Origin: Candidatus Limnocylindrales bacterium
Lineage (GTDB): Bacteria; Chloroflexota; Limnocylindria; Limnocylindrales; CSP1-4
Direction: 5' to 3'
Assembly (NCBI GenBank): GCA_038250545.1
Contig: JBBSCF010000014.1
Coordinates: forward strand, 7,962-71,961
DNA: 64,000 nucleotides
A model generated the notes under the pieces. It did no database searches. It was not told the DNA's origin and worked only from the letters and a program-made list of their open reading frames with translations. The translations under genes were made by a program, and so were the position numbers. This document shows, piece after piece, positions 41,782 to 50,856 of the stretch (position 1 is the first letter of the stretch; every line of letters starts with the position of its first letter).

Positions 41782-42807
41782 ATGGCCCTCGACCTCGGCG
41801 CCGACCTGTTCGGGCGTTCCTTCCTCACCCTCCGCGACTACACCGCGAGCGAGATCGAGGCGCTCCTCCAGCTCTCCACCAGCCTCAAACGCGAGAAGCG
41901 CGAGGGACGCGAGATCCGGCGCCTCGCCGGCCGCAACATCGCGCTGATCTTCGAAAAGGACAGCACCCGGACCCGGATCGGGTTCGAGGTGGCCGCCTAC
42001 GACCAGGGCGCCCACGTGACCTACCTCGGCCCGTCGGGCAGCCACGTCGGCAAGAAGGAGTCCGTGAAGGACACGGCGCGGGTCCTCGGCCGCGTCTACG
42101 ACGCGATCGAGTTCCGCGGCTTCCGCCAGTCCGACGTGGAGGCGCTCGCGACCTGGTCCGGTGTGCCCGTCTACAACGGCCTCACCGACGAGGACCACCC
42201 CACGCAGGTCCTGGCGGACTTCCTCACGATCCGCGAGCACGTCGCGAAGCCCCTTGGCCAGGTCACGCTCGCGTACGTCGGCGACGCGCACAGCAACATG
42301 GGCGACGAGATCCTCATCGGCTGCGCCACCATGGGCCTCGACCTGCGGATCGTCGCGCCGCGCGCCGTCTGGCCGCGCGAGGACTTCCTCGCCTGGGCGG
42401 AGGAGCACGCGGCGGCGAGCGGGGCGCGGATCACGGTCACCGAGGACATCGCCGAGGGCGTGCGCGGCGCCGATGTCATCTACACGGATGTCTGGGTCTC
42501 GATGGGCGAGCCCGAGGCGGTCTGGGACGAGCGCGTCGCGCTGCTCCGCCCGTACCAGGTGGACGCCGCGATGATGGCCGCGACCGGCAAGCCCGACACG
42601 AAGTTCATGCACTGCCTGCCCGCGTTCCACGACCTCGAGACCGATGTCGGGCGGAAGATGTTCGACCGCCACGGCCTGACGGCGATGGAGGTCACCGACG
42701 AGGTCTTCGAGTCGCCGGGATCGATCGTGTTCGACCAGGCCGAGAACCGGATGCACACGATCAAGGCCATCCTGGTGGCGACCCTCAGCCCGGACGGGCT
42801 GCGCTGA
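41782..42807 (+). CDS. argF: ornithine carbamoyltransferase
   Basis: [24 protein letters not shown] and FMHCLPAFH motifs. ATG 41782. Confidence 0.9.
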   Translation: MALDLGADLFGRSFLTLRDYTASEIEALLQLSTSLKREKREGREIRRLAGRNIALIFEKDSTRTRIGFEVAAYDQGAHVTYLGPSGSHVGKKESVKDTARVLGRVYDAIEFRGFRQSDVEALATWSGVPVYNGLTDEDHPTQVLADFLTIREHVAKPLGQVTLAYVGDAHSNMGDEILIGCATMGLDLRIVAPRAVWPREDFLAWAEEHAAASGARITVTEDIAEGVRGADVIYTDVWVSMGEPEAVWDERVALLRPYQVDAAMMAATGKPDTKFMHCLPAFHDLETDVGRKMFDRHGLTAMEVTDEVFESPGSIVFDQAENRMHTIKAILVATLSPDGLR

Positions 42808-42881
42808 GGCGGGTCGTGGCGGCGCTGGGCGGGCGGTAGCCGCGGGCCTCGCGCTGCCGCGGGCCTCGCGCCGCCGCGCAT

Positions 42882-43070
42882 CCACCACCGGATACCAAGC
42901 CGGACCATCCCGGGGAACTCGCCGGCAGGATCGCCGTTCCGGGGCACGAGCTCCGAGCGGTGGTCCGGACTGGCATCCCCACGTGGATCGTCGGCGCGCG
43001 GCAAGTGACCGATGGGCCTGTCGGAGTAGAACCTGCCCATGCCCGACTTCGTCGTCCCGCTCGGAAGCCG
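42882..43070. repeat. copy A of a roughly 190-bp direct repeat (leader plus first codons of the XRE-nuclease gene)
   Basis: It shares the blocks CTCGCCGGCAG.A.CGCCGTTCCGGGGCACGAGCTCCGAGCGGTGGT, CACGTGGATCGTCGGCGCGCGGCAAGTG and GCCCGAC.TC.TCGTCCCGCTCG with 43887-44075. Confidence 0.8.
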
Positions 43071-43863
43071 CTCGCTCGCCATCCGGCTCGGGGAGCTGGT
43101 GCGGGACGCACGCGAGCTCGTCGGCTGGACGCAGGGCGAGCTTGCGCAGCGGTCGCGGTCCTCGCAGGCCGCCATCAGCCGGATGGAGCATGGCGTGGCC
43201 GAGGTGCTCGACGTCCTCCTGGTGGAGCGTGTGCTCGACGCACTCGGCATGCGCTCCGAGCTCCAGGTCGAGGGACGCCATCTCGGGGACCGGCGGCGCC
43301 AGCGGGAGCCGGTCCACGCGCGGATCAACGGGTTCGTCGCCGGTCAGCTGGCTCGGCGTGAGTTCCTGTCGGCGCTCGAGGTGGAGGTCGGGGCGGGGTC
43401 GGTGCGCGGCTGGATCGACCTCATTGCCTTCCGACCGGCGGATCGGGCCCTGATCGTCAACGAGACCAAGGGCGATCTCCCGGACGTCGGTGCCTTCCAG
43501 CGCAGCCTCGCCTTCTACGAGCGCGAGGCGCGGGTCGCCGCGAACCGGCTCGGCTGGAGCCCGACGCGTGTCGTCGTCCTGGCGACCCTGCTCGACAGCG
43601 CCAGGTTGGCCGAACGGCTTGCGGACAACCGTGGTCTCCTTACACGAGCGTTCCCGTCACCCATCGAGCGGCTGCTGACCTGGATCGACAACCCGGCCGC
43701 GCCCGCCCCGTTCGGCTGGACGATCGCCACGTGCGACCCGGCGAGCCGCTCGGCGGCCTGGCTGCGCCCCACCACGCTGGGTTCCCGGCGACGGCCGCCG
43801 GCCTACGCGGACTACGCGGATGCCGCTGCCCGCCTGAAGCCCGGCCGTCGCCGACAGCGCTGA
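43039..43863 (+). CDS. HTH-XRE domain protein with a C-terminal PD-(D/E)xK nuclease-like core
   Basis: The HTH is LVGWTQGELAQRSRSSQAAISRMEHG. The C-terminal GWIDLIAF...ALIVNETKGDL matches the D...ExK pattern of YraN/resolvase-type folds. Confidence 0.7.
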   Translation: MPDFVVPLGSRSLAIRLGELVRDARELVGWTQGELAQRSRSSQAAISRMEHGVAEVLDVLLVERVLDALGMRSELQVEGRHLGDRRRQREPVHARINGFVAGQLARREFLSALEVEVGAGSVRGWIDLIAFRPADRALIVNETKGDLPDVGAFQRSLAFYEREARVAANRLGWSPTRVVVLATLLDSARLAERLADNRGLLTRAFPSPIERLLTWIDNPAAPAPFGWTIATCDPASRSAAWLRPTTLGSRRRPPAYADYADAAARLKPGRRRQR

Positions 43864-43886
43864 AGTCGCTCTACCCGGCTGCCTGT

Positions 43887-44075
43887 CCACCACGGGATCG
43901 CTGGCCGGACCACCTCGAGGAGCTCGCCGGCAGAACCGCCGTTCCGGGGCACGAGCTCCGAGCGGTGGTTCCGCCGCGTATCCGCACGTGGATCGTCGGC
44001 GCGCGGCAAGTGGCAGCCAAGCGGCTCCCCGTACAACCCGGCTCGTGCCCGACCTCATCGTCCCGCTCGAGCCGT
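43887..44075. repeat. copy B of the roughly 190-bp direct repeat
   Basis: See copy A. It ends in GTG-CCC-GAC-CTC-ATC-GTC-CCG-CTC (VPDLIVPL), which parallels MPDFVVPL of the intact gene. Confidence 0.8.
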
Positions 44076-44173
44076 GCCGTGGCGTCACCCAAGTCGAGAG
44101 CGCCCAAGGCGATCGGCTGTCCGATCTGTCGCCACGCCGTGTCCGCCGCCAAACGTCGAACACCGCGTTCTGA
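44045..44173 (+). pseudogene. truncated paralogue start (42 codons) following repeat copy B
   Basis: VPDLIVPLE is followed by unrelated sequence and a stop at 44173, which abuts the convergent gene. Confidence 0.4.
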
Positions 44174-44176
44174 GGT

Positions 44177-44548
44177 TCATGAGTCCGGCCGTTGCCCGAC
44201 GCCACCGCCCGACGGCTCCCGGTGGCGAGCCAGCTTGGCGAAGGCAAAGCAGGCGATGCCGACCGCCAGGGCAGCGACAACGATCGAGATCCCGATGCCG
44301 GTGACCCAGTTGGGCTCGAGAACTCGGATCGGCGCCGACGAGAAGGGCGGACAGGTAGGTACGGCGTGATAACAGGCCATTCCGCTTCGCGTCGGCATGA
44401 CCAACTCGATGGTCACCGTCAGGTAGGCCACGGCGACCGCGGTCACGGCGAGGATCGTGGCCGAGGTCGCCAGGATCAATACGCGAACTCCGGTGCCCAA
44501 GGTCCAGCCTCGCTGATTCCGAATCAGGTTGATCGGCAGGTCAACCAT
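44177..44548 (-). CDS. hypothetical small membrane protein
   Basis: Two clear hydrophobic helices (VLILATSATILAVTAVAVAYL, GIGISIVVAALAVGIACFAFA). The DNA looks locally less GC-rich. Confidence 0.5.
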   Translation of the reverse strand: MVDLPINLIRNQRGWTLGTGVRVLILATSATILAVTAVAVAYLTVTIELVMPTRSGMACYHAVPTCPPFSSAPIRVLEPNWVTGIGISIVVAALAVGIACFAFAKLARHREPSGGGVGQRPDS

Positions 44549-44692
44549 GCCTCACGGATTCTGCACGGTCAATCGGTGGTTACCCTGCCATGCCGGGGTA
44601 GACGAGAAATCGCCCGAAACCGGGTTGGCAACCGCTGATGCCGCACAGGCACACGTGGATCGCCGGACCCGGACCCTGTCCCGCCCGCGGGC

Positions 44693-45592
44693 CTACCCTC
44701 GGGGCCGCGACCTCGCCGCGATCCGACCCAGCGCGCCCTCCCAGCCCGCATCGAACGCGAGCCCCGGCTCGTCGAGGTCGATGACGACCGGCGCATGGTC
44801 GGATGGCGTCGGCGGACCCTTGCGCGCCTCGCGGTCGATCTCGGCCCAGACCACGCGCGCCGCGACGGGTTCCGTGGCGTACAGCAGGTCGATCCGCATC
44901 CCCTCGTTCTTGTGGAACATGCCGGCCCGGTAGTCCCACCAGGAGAAGCGGCCGGGCTCGGGCTGGAGCGACCGGTAGGTGTCCACGAGCCCCCACGCGC
45001 GCAGCCGGGCGAGCGCCTCGCGCTCCGGCTCGGACACGTGGGTGCCGCCGTGCGCCTTCGCCGGGCTCCAGACATCGATGTCGGCCGGGGTCACGTTGTA
45101 GTCGCCGCCGAGCACGAGCGGCTCGGACGGGGACTGCGTCTCGGCCAGCCAGCGCGACAACCGCTCGAACCAGCGCAGCTTGCCCTCGTAGAACGGCGAG
45201 CCCACGACCCGGCCGTTCGGCGCGTACAGCGACGCGACCCGGACCCCGCCACACACGGCGGAGACCATCCGCGCCTCGTCGAACGGGTTGAAGTCGTCCT
45301 CCGACACGGCGACCGGGGAACCCGCGGACGAATCCCGCACCGGCCCGTCACCGAAGTTCGTGACCACGTCGGCGATGCCCACCCGGGACAGGATCGCCAC
45401 GCCGTTCCAGCGGCCCTCCCCGTGGTGGGCCATCTCGTAGCCCAGCATGCGCATCGGCATCTCGGGCGCGTCGGCGTCGGAGAGCTTGGTCTCCTGGATC
45501 AGCAGCACGTCCGGCTCGGCGCGTGCGAGCCACTTCTCGACGGCCTCCTGGCGGGCCTTGAGCGAGTTGACATTCCAGGTGGCGATGCGCAT
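44693..45592 (-). CDS. xthA: exodeoxyribonuclease III
   Basis: MRIATWNVNSLKAR...LLIQETK, GGDYNV and SDHAPV motifs. Confidence 0.9.
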   Translation of the reverse strand: MRIATWNVNSLKARQEAVEKWLARAEPDVLLIQETKLSDADAPEMPMRMLGYEMAHHGEGRWNGVAILSRVGIADVVTNFGDGPVRDSSAGSPVAVSEDDFNPFDEARMVSAVCGGVRVASLYAPNGRVVGSPFYEGKLRWFERLSRWLAETQSPSEPLVLGGDYNVTPADIDVWSPAKAHGGTHVSEPEREALARLRAWGLVDTYRSLQPEPGRFSWWDYRAGMFHKNEGMRIDLLYATEPVAARVVWAEIDREARKGPPTPSDHAPVVIDLDEPGLAFDAGWEGALGRIAARSRPRG

Positions 45593-45603
45593 GGGACCCC
45601 TTG

Positions 45604-46413
45604 CTACGGCCCCTTGATCTTAACCGGCTTGCCGACGCCGCTGAACGCGAGGTCCGCCCTGAACCCGGCCGCCAGGCCCTGGTACTCTGGGTACTCGCCC
45701 TCGACCCGCATCGAGATGCGCGTCCCGTCCCGCGCCAGCACGAGCTGCAGGCGGTCGACGCGGGCAATCAGGCCGTACGTCCGCATCCGCGGCGTCTGGT
45801 AGGTCCAGCCGCCGGTGCACTCGTAGGCGAAGGCGTCGGCCGGCTCCGTCGCGTGACCGGTGTAACGCAGGTCATTGAGCCAGCACATGTAGCCCCACGG
45901 GTGGGCGAGGTCCGCGAACGCCGAGACCTGGACCGGAAACGACACCCAGCGGTTGTCCACGAGCCGGACGAACCCGTCGCCATGGAGGTACGCGATGCGG
46001 AGGGTCGTCTTGTCGAGGGTCACCGTGCCCCCGAAGTCCGGACCCGCGACGTCCAGGGTCATCCTGACCTTGACGATGCCGTCGCCCCCGTAGTCGGTGG
46101 CCGTGCCGGTGACGCGGTAGGTGAGGCTGCCCTTCGCGACCAGGCTCGCGTACGCCTTCACGGCGTCGGCGGCGGCATCTGCTTCGGGGAGCGGGGTGGG
46201 GGACGGGGTGGGCGTGACCGACGGCGCGGGCGTGATGACCCGGTCGGGCGGGATGGCCGTGACGCTTGGGTTGACCCGGCCCGGCGAGGCCCCGGCGCAG
46301 GCGCCGAGCCCGAGCAACACGGCCACGGCCACCGCAACGGCCGCCGGCGGGCGTGTCACGGGGACGGCGCTGCGCGCGTGCCCGCGGTGGGCGACAGGGA
46401 GGGCCCGCCGCAT
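45604..46413 (-). CDS. hypothetical lipoprotein
   Basis: Signal peptide with LLGLGAC and a Pro/Thr linker, followed by a beta-rich domain. Confidence 0.6.
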   Translation of the reverse strand: MRRALPVAHRGHARSAVPVTRPPAAVAVAVAVLLGLGACAGASPGRVNPSVTAIPPDRVITPAPSVTPTPSPTPLPEADAAADAVKAYASLVAKGSLTYRVTGTATDYGGDGIVKVRMTLDVAGPDFGGTVTLDKTTLRIAYLHGDGFVRLVDNRWVSFPVQVSAFADLAHPWGYMCWLNDLRYTGHATEPADAFAYECTGGWTYQTPRMRTYGLIARVDRLQLVLARDGTRISMRVEGEYPEYQGLAAGFRADLAFSGVGKPVKIKGP

Positions 46414-46491
46414 GCCCCCATGACCATGGCGAGCGTGAGGGCAAGACCGGCCAGGCGGATGGTGGTGGCCACGGATCCCCCCTCAGAAGGC

Positions 46492-47196
46492 TCAGTACCG
46501 GCGGCCACGCTGCTTCGCGAGATCGAAGGTCGCCGTGTCCGCGATCGCCATCACGGCCATCGTGCCGGCCTGGACCGGGTCGCTCACGACGAGGTCGACG
46601 TGATCCGTGATGGAGCCGACCATGTTGAGCGCGATGATCGGGATGCCCACGGCGCGCAGCTCGTCGGCGGCGCGGCTGATGTCGCCGCCCATGATCGACC
46701 CGGCCAGGACCAGCATCCGCGCGCGCGGGAGGTCCGCGACGGCCCGCACGGCGTAGGCGATGTTGTCCTCGCCCACGAGCGGGATGGTGTCGACCGAGAT
46801 GCGCTCGCCCCGCAGGTTGTGGCGGTCGGCCTCCGTCACGGCGCCCAGCGCGACCTGCGCGACCTGCGCGCCGCCGCCCACGACGATGATGCGCTTGCCG
46901 AAGACCTTGCCCAACGGGCGGGTCATGTGGATCGCGACGACCTCGGGGAGGGGCTCGAGCGCCGCCACGAGCAGGTGCTCCTCCGCGTCCTCGACCTCCA
47001 GCTCGATCTCGACGCTCGACGGCGCCGCGGGCTCCACGCCGGACCGCCCGGCGCGGCGGACCGTGGACAGCGTCCGGACGTGTCCGCCCGCGCCGCCGAC
47101 GGCGCCCGCGATGGCGGCGATCGCGCGCGGGTCGTCGACGACCTCGAGGCGGACCGCGACGGCGGTCGGCAGCGGCTGCGGGGTGCGGCGCGGCAT
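46492..47196 (-). CDS. ACT-like N-terminal domain protein with a conserved C-terminal GGGAQV domain (DUF5612-like, from memory)
   Basis: KRIIVVGGGAQVAQVALGAVTEADRHNLRGERISVDTIPLVGE...LVLAGSIMGG. The family assignment is unverified. Confidence 0.6.
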   Translation of the reverse strand: MPRRTPQPLPTAVAVRLEVVDDPRAIAAIAGAVGGAGGHVRTLSTVRRAGRSGVEPAAPSSVEIELEVEDAEEHLLVAALEPLPEVVAIHMTRPLGKVFGKRIIVVGGGAQVAQVALGAVTEADRHNLRGERISVDTIPLVGEDNIAYAVRAVADLPRARMLVLAGSIMGGDISRAADELRAVGIPIIALNMVGSITDHVDLVVSDPVQAGTMAVMAIADTATFDLAKQRGRRY

Positions 47197-47207
47197 CGGG
47201 CGGTCGC

Positions 47208-47474
47208 TCAGCCGCGTCCGCCGGCCATGACGTCGCTGATCGAGAGCGTCGTCTCGCCGCCCGTGGGGTCGTGCTCCTCGAAGGCGATGCCCAGCGCCGT
47301 GAACGCGTCGCGCGTGGCCGCGGCGTCGCTGGTGGTGAGCATCAGGGCCCCGTCGGTGTCCTCGGCGACGCCCACGATGCCGGTGATGTTGACGCCGCGC
47401 TCGGCGAGCGCGTTGGCGACCTGCGCCAGCGCCCCGGGGCGGTCGTCGAGCTGCACGGTGAACCAGATCGTCAA
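47208..47474 (-). CDS. ACT domain-containing protein
   Basis: VQLDDRPGALAQVANALAERGVNITGI is a typical ACT beta-alpha motif. Confidence 0.75.
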   Translation of the reverse strand: MTIWFTVQLDDRPGALAQVANALAERGVNITGIVGVAEDTDGALMLTTSDAAATRDAFTALGIAFEEHDPTGGETTLSISDVMAGGRG

Positions 47475-47596
47475 GGCGGAACCTCCTGACCGCCCATGGT
47501 ACGCGGGCCGCGCGCTACCCTGCGCTCCGATGGCGACCCGGTACCCCGCTCGCTTCTACCCCGTGATCGCCTGCGAACCGATGGAGGCCTGACAGG

Positions 47597-47989
47597 ATGC
47601 CGGCCCCGCTCGGCAAGGTGCCGACCAAGAAGATGCCCAACATCCAGGTCTTCGGCCTGGAGGACAACAACGCGACGCGGGCCGCGCTCCGGTTCTTCCG
47701 CGAGCGGCGGATCGTGGTGCACTTCGTGGACCTGCGCAAGAAGCCGATCGCCCCGGGCGAGCTCCGGCGCTTCACGGACCGGCTGGGTGCCTCGGCCCTC
47801 CTCGACACGGAGAGCCGCGGCTACCGGGAGCAGGGGCTCGCGCACCTCACGACCGACACGGCCGGAATCGCGGCCCGCCTGCTCGCGGACGTGACGCTGA
47901 TGCGCCTGCCGCTCGTCCGCTACGGCGAGCAGGTCACCGCCGGCAAGGCCGAGGAGACCTGGAGGGCCTGGCTGGCGAAGCCCCGCTAG
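47597..47989 (+). CDS. ArsC/Spx/MgsR-family (thioredoxin-fold) protein lacking cysteine
   Basis: IQVFGLEDNNATRAALRFFRERRIVVHFVDLRKKPI aligns to the IYGIKNCDTCRKA...Y.FHD pattern of the family, with N in place of the Cys. The start may instead be ATG 47633. Confidence 0.7.
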   Translation: MPAPLGKVPTKKMPNIQVFGLEDNNATRAALRFFRERRIVVHFVDLRKKPIAPGELRRFTDRLGASALLDTESRGYREQGLAHLTTDTAGIAARLLADVTLMRLPLVRYGEQVTAGKAEETWRAWLAKPR

Positions 47990-48087
47990 CCGGCTGGTGC
48001 GGGCGAAGCCGGGGCAGGCGGGGCGAAACGGGGCCGGCCGAATCCGGACCGGGTCCAGCCGAATCCGGACCTGGCCCGGCGACCCTG

Positions 48088-49932
48088 TCAGCCGCGCCCG
48101 CTTGGGTCCATGACGCGGCCCATGAACAGGATCGCGCCCGTCTGGACGTCCCGCACCAGGTACACGAATGGCCGGTCGAACCGGAGCGTCTTCGTGGTCA
48201 GCGGGGACGGGCCGAGACAGCCGCCGACGTCCATCCCGATGGCGGTCGCGGCCGCCGCCGTGGTCCCCGCCTCGTCGACATCGATGTTGGCCTGGTGGAT
48301 CACGGCGCCGATGTAGAGCGCATCCTTCGACGTCGTCATGCCCGTGAAGTCGGCGCTGAGCGAGTCGAACGCGCGAACCATGCCGAGGGCCTTGAGCGAC
48401 TCCTTGAGGCTCGCCCGGGTCTCAACGCCGAACGTCGGCAGGAACACCTGCGTCTCGTAGGGGTAGGTGCCGCAGGCTTCCGTGTCGCCCGCCGGGTAGG
48501 TCGCCTTCGCGATCCGGCGGTGCTCCGCCCCCAGCGCGGTGTCGACCCGTGCCAGGAGGGCGGGGCTGAGGCCCTTCTCGAAGGTCGCCATGGAATCGGG
48601 CAGGATGAGGGTCATTGAGAGCGGATGGCTGTTGCCGGCGCCCTGGTAGGCGAGGTCCGTCGCGCGCCAGCCATCGCCCTTCGCGATCACGATGTCCTGG
48701 CCGCCGAGCTGGCTCATGGTGGGCACCTTGACCGTCGTGCCGGCCGCCGTCGTGAAGTCGCGGCTCGCGGTGTTCTCCGGGTCGAAGGGCAGCGCCCACT
48801 CGGCCTTGAGGTAGATCGCGTTGACCAGGACGAGGCGCGTCGCGGCCGGCAGGTCCTCCGGGTGGAGCAGCGCCGGGATCCGGCCCACGGTCTCGCGCTT
48901 CACCCAGCCGTTGATCGCCTCGAGGGCGCCGCTCACGTCGTTCGCGAAGTCGACGGTGCTGAACCCGGCCCCGAAGGCCTGCGCGAGCCGCGCGAGGTAG
49001 GCGGGCGCGATGGGGTAGCCCTGCTGGCCGAACGTCATGTCGGCCGTGCGCAATGTCAGCCAGTGCTGTCCGTCCTGGTAGTCCTTCCAGGCCGCGTCCC
49101 GCGACGCGAGGCGCTGGTCGAGCGACGACAGATCGCGCCCCAGACGGCCCCAGCCGGGCACGCGCAGGACGGCATCCATCTCGGTGGCGGTCTTGCTCCC
49201 GGCGCCGGCGCGCGCCATCGCGAGGGCCGTGACGATGCTGTACGGGGACATCACGACGCCCTTGCCGGACAGGCCGAGCGACGGGTCGCGGAGCATGCGC
49301 CGGTACAAGGCGATGCCGAACGCGTTCTGGGCGACCGCGGCCGCCTTCGCGTCCGCGAGCACCGGCGCGGCGCGCGCCGCCTGGGCGGACGCCAGCGTGT
49401 ACCCGGGGGTCGGGTCCGTCGCCGGCAGGACCCATGCCGTGCCGTCGTGGTCGGCGACCGCCACCCAGCCCGCGTCGACGTTCCCGTTGAGCGTGATGCC
49501 GACCGGCGACACCTCGACCCAGGTGTACCCGGATGCCTCCACCGGCCCGCCGATCACGATGAGGGGCGTGCCCGCGGGCAGGGTGGGCGTGTGCATGATG
49601 GAGTCGGCGGCGACCCGCGGCTGCGAGCGGACCCGCAGGCTGTCGGTCACGGTCTCGGCCAGCGCGCCGGGAGCCAGGGCGGCCAGGTCCGCCGGGGTCA
49701 CGACGTGGGCAGGTGTCGCGGAGGGCTCCACGGTTGGTGTGGGAGCCGGCGTCGCGGTCAGCGGCGAGGCCGTGGGCGCGATCGAGGCGGCCTGGCCCGA
49801 CGCCGCGGGGCTCCCGGGCGCCGGCGTGACGACAGCGTTGTCGCATCCCGAGGTGGCCGTGGCGGCGAGCGCAATCGCCAGGACGACGCTGAACCGACGC
49901 GGGATCCGACCCGCCGCCGTGGGACGCTGCAT
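48088..49932 (-). CDS. serpin family lipoprotein with an N-terminal SH3b-like domain
   Basis: Lipobox ATSGC. LRVRSQP...GYTWVEV...GWVAV (SH3b-like). The serpin core runs from AQNAFGIALYR to FDRPFVYLVRD...ILFMGRV. ATG 49932; the longer track ORF to 50895 is antisense to the LOG gene. Confidence 0.85.
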   Translation of the reverse strand: MQRPTAAGRIPRRFSVVLAIALAATATSGCDNAVVTPAPGSPAASGQAASIAPTASPLTATPAPTPTVEPSATPAHVVTPADLAALAPGALAETVTDSLRVRSQPRVAADSIMHTPTLPAGTPLIVIGGPVEASGYTWVEVSPVGITLNGNVDAGWVAVADHDGTAWVLPATDPTPGYTLASAQAARAAPVLADAKAAAVAQNAFGIALYRRMLRDPSLGLSGKGVVMSPYSIVTALAMARAGAGSKTATEMDAVLRVPGWGRLGRDLSSLDQRLASRDAAWKDYQDGQHWLTLRTADMTFGQQGYPIAPAYLARLAQAFGAGFSTVDFANDVSGALEAINGWVKRETVGRIPALLHPEDLPAATRLVLVNAIYLKAEWALPFDPENTASRDFTTAAGTTVKVPTMSQLGGQDIVIAKGDGWRATDLAYQGAGNSHPLSMTLILPDSMATFEKGLSPALLARVDTALGAEHRRIAKATYPAGDTEACGTYPYETQVFLPTFGVETRASLKESLKALGMVRAFDSLSADFTGMTTSKDALYIGAVIHQANIDVDEAGTTAAAATAIGMDVGGCLGPSPLTTKTLRFDRPFVYLVRDVQTGAILFMGRVMDPSGRG

Positions 49933-50067
49933 GGTGGTCTCCCAGGATGCGCTGTCGGCTTCGTGCCGGCCGGGCACTGTGACGCCGGACCCGGGCCGAT
50001 TGCGACGGGAACCCCTGCGCCGCCGGGCCGGCTCCCCCGCAGGCGCGCGAGGTGGCATCCTGCGCGC

Positions 50068-50856
50068 ATGAGCGATCACGATCCCGCCCGTCCGGTCTCG
50101 CCCCGCACGATGCGCCATGGACGCGTGTCCATGCGCCCGGAGACCAGCCAGCGGCTGGGCGTCAGCGGGCGCACCGAGGACGAGAAGCTGCTCGCGGCCC
50201 AGCGGGGCCGGCCGGAGTTCCTCGAGACGGACACCTGGCGTGCGCTCCGGATCCTCTCGGAATTCGTGGAGGGCTTCGAGGCGCTCGCCGGCGTGGGGCG
50301 GGCGTGCGCGGTCTTCGGCTCCGCGCGGACCCCCGTCGACAGCGAGGGCTACGAGCTGGCCCGGCAGGTTGGCGCGGAGCTTGCGAAGGCGGGCTTCGCG
50401 GTCATCACCGGCGGCGGCCCGGGCTCCATGGAGGCCGCCAACAGGGGCGCCCACGAGCAGGGTGGGCTGTCCATCGGCTGCAACATCGAGCTGCCGCACG
50501 AGCAGCACCTCAACCCATACGTGGACCTCTCGGTCGAGTTCCACTACTTCTTCGCGCGCAAGGTGATGTTCGTCAAGTACGCCGACGCCTTCGTGATCCT
50601 GCCCGGCGGGTTCGGGACGCTGGACGAGCTGTTCGAGTCCCTCACGCTCATCCAGACGGGCAAGATCCGCAACTTCCCGATCGTCCTGATGGGACACGCC
50701 TACTGGGACGGGCTCCTCGCCTGGATGCGCGACGTCCAGCTTCCCGCCGGCGCGATCGCCCGGGGGGATCTGGACCTGCTCCACGTCACCGACGACCCCG
50801 CCGAGGCCGTCGCCCTCATCACCGCGTACGAGCAGGCGAACGGCCTGGTGCCGTGA
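50068..50856 (+). CDS. LOG family (TIGR00730) protein
   Basis: VFGSAR, ITGGGPGSMEAANRGA and PGGFGTLDELFE motifs. Confidence 0.85.
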   Translation: MSDHDPARPVSPRTMRHGRVSMRPETSQRLGVSGRTEDEKLLAAQRGRPEFLETDTWRALRILSEFVEGFEALAGVGRACAVFGSARTPVDSEGYELARQVGAELAKAGFAVITGGGPGSMEAANRGAHEQGGLSIGCNIELPHEQHLNPYVDLSVEFHYFFARKVMFVKYADAFVILPGGFGTLDELFESLTLIQTGKIRNFPIVLMGHAYWDGLLAWMRDVQLPAGAIARGDLDLLHVTDDPAEAVALITAYEQANGLVP

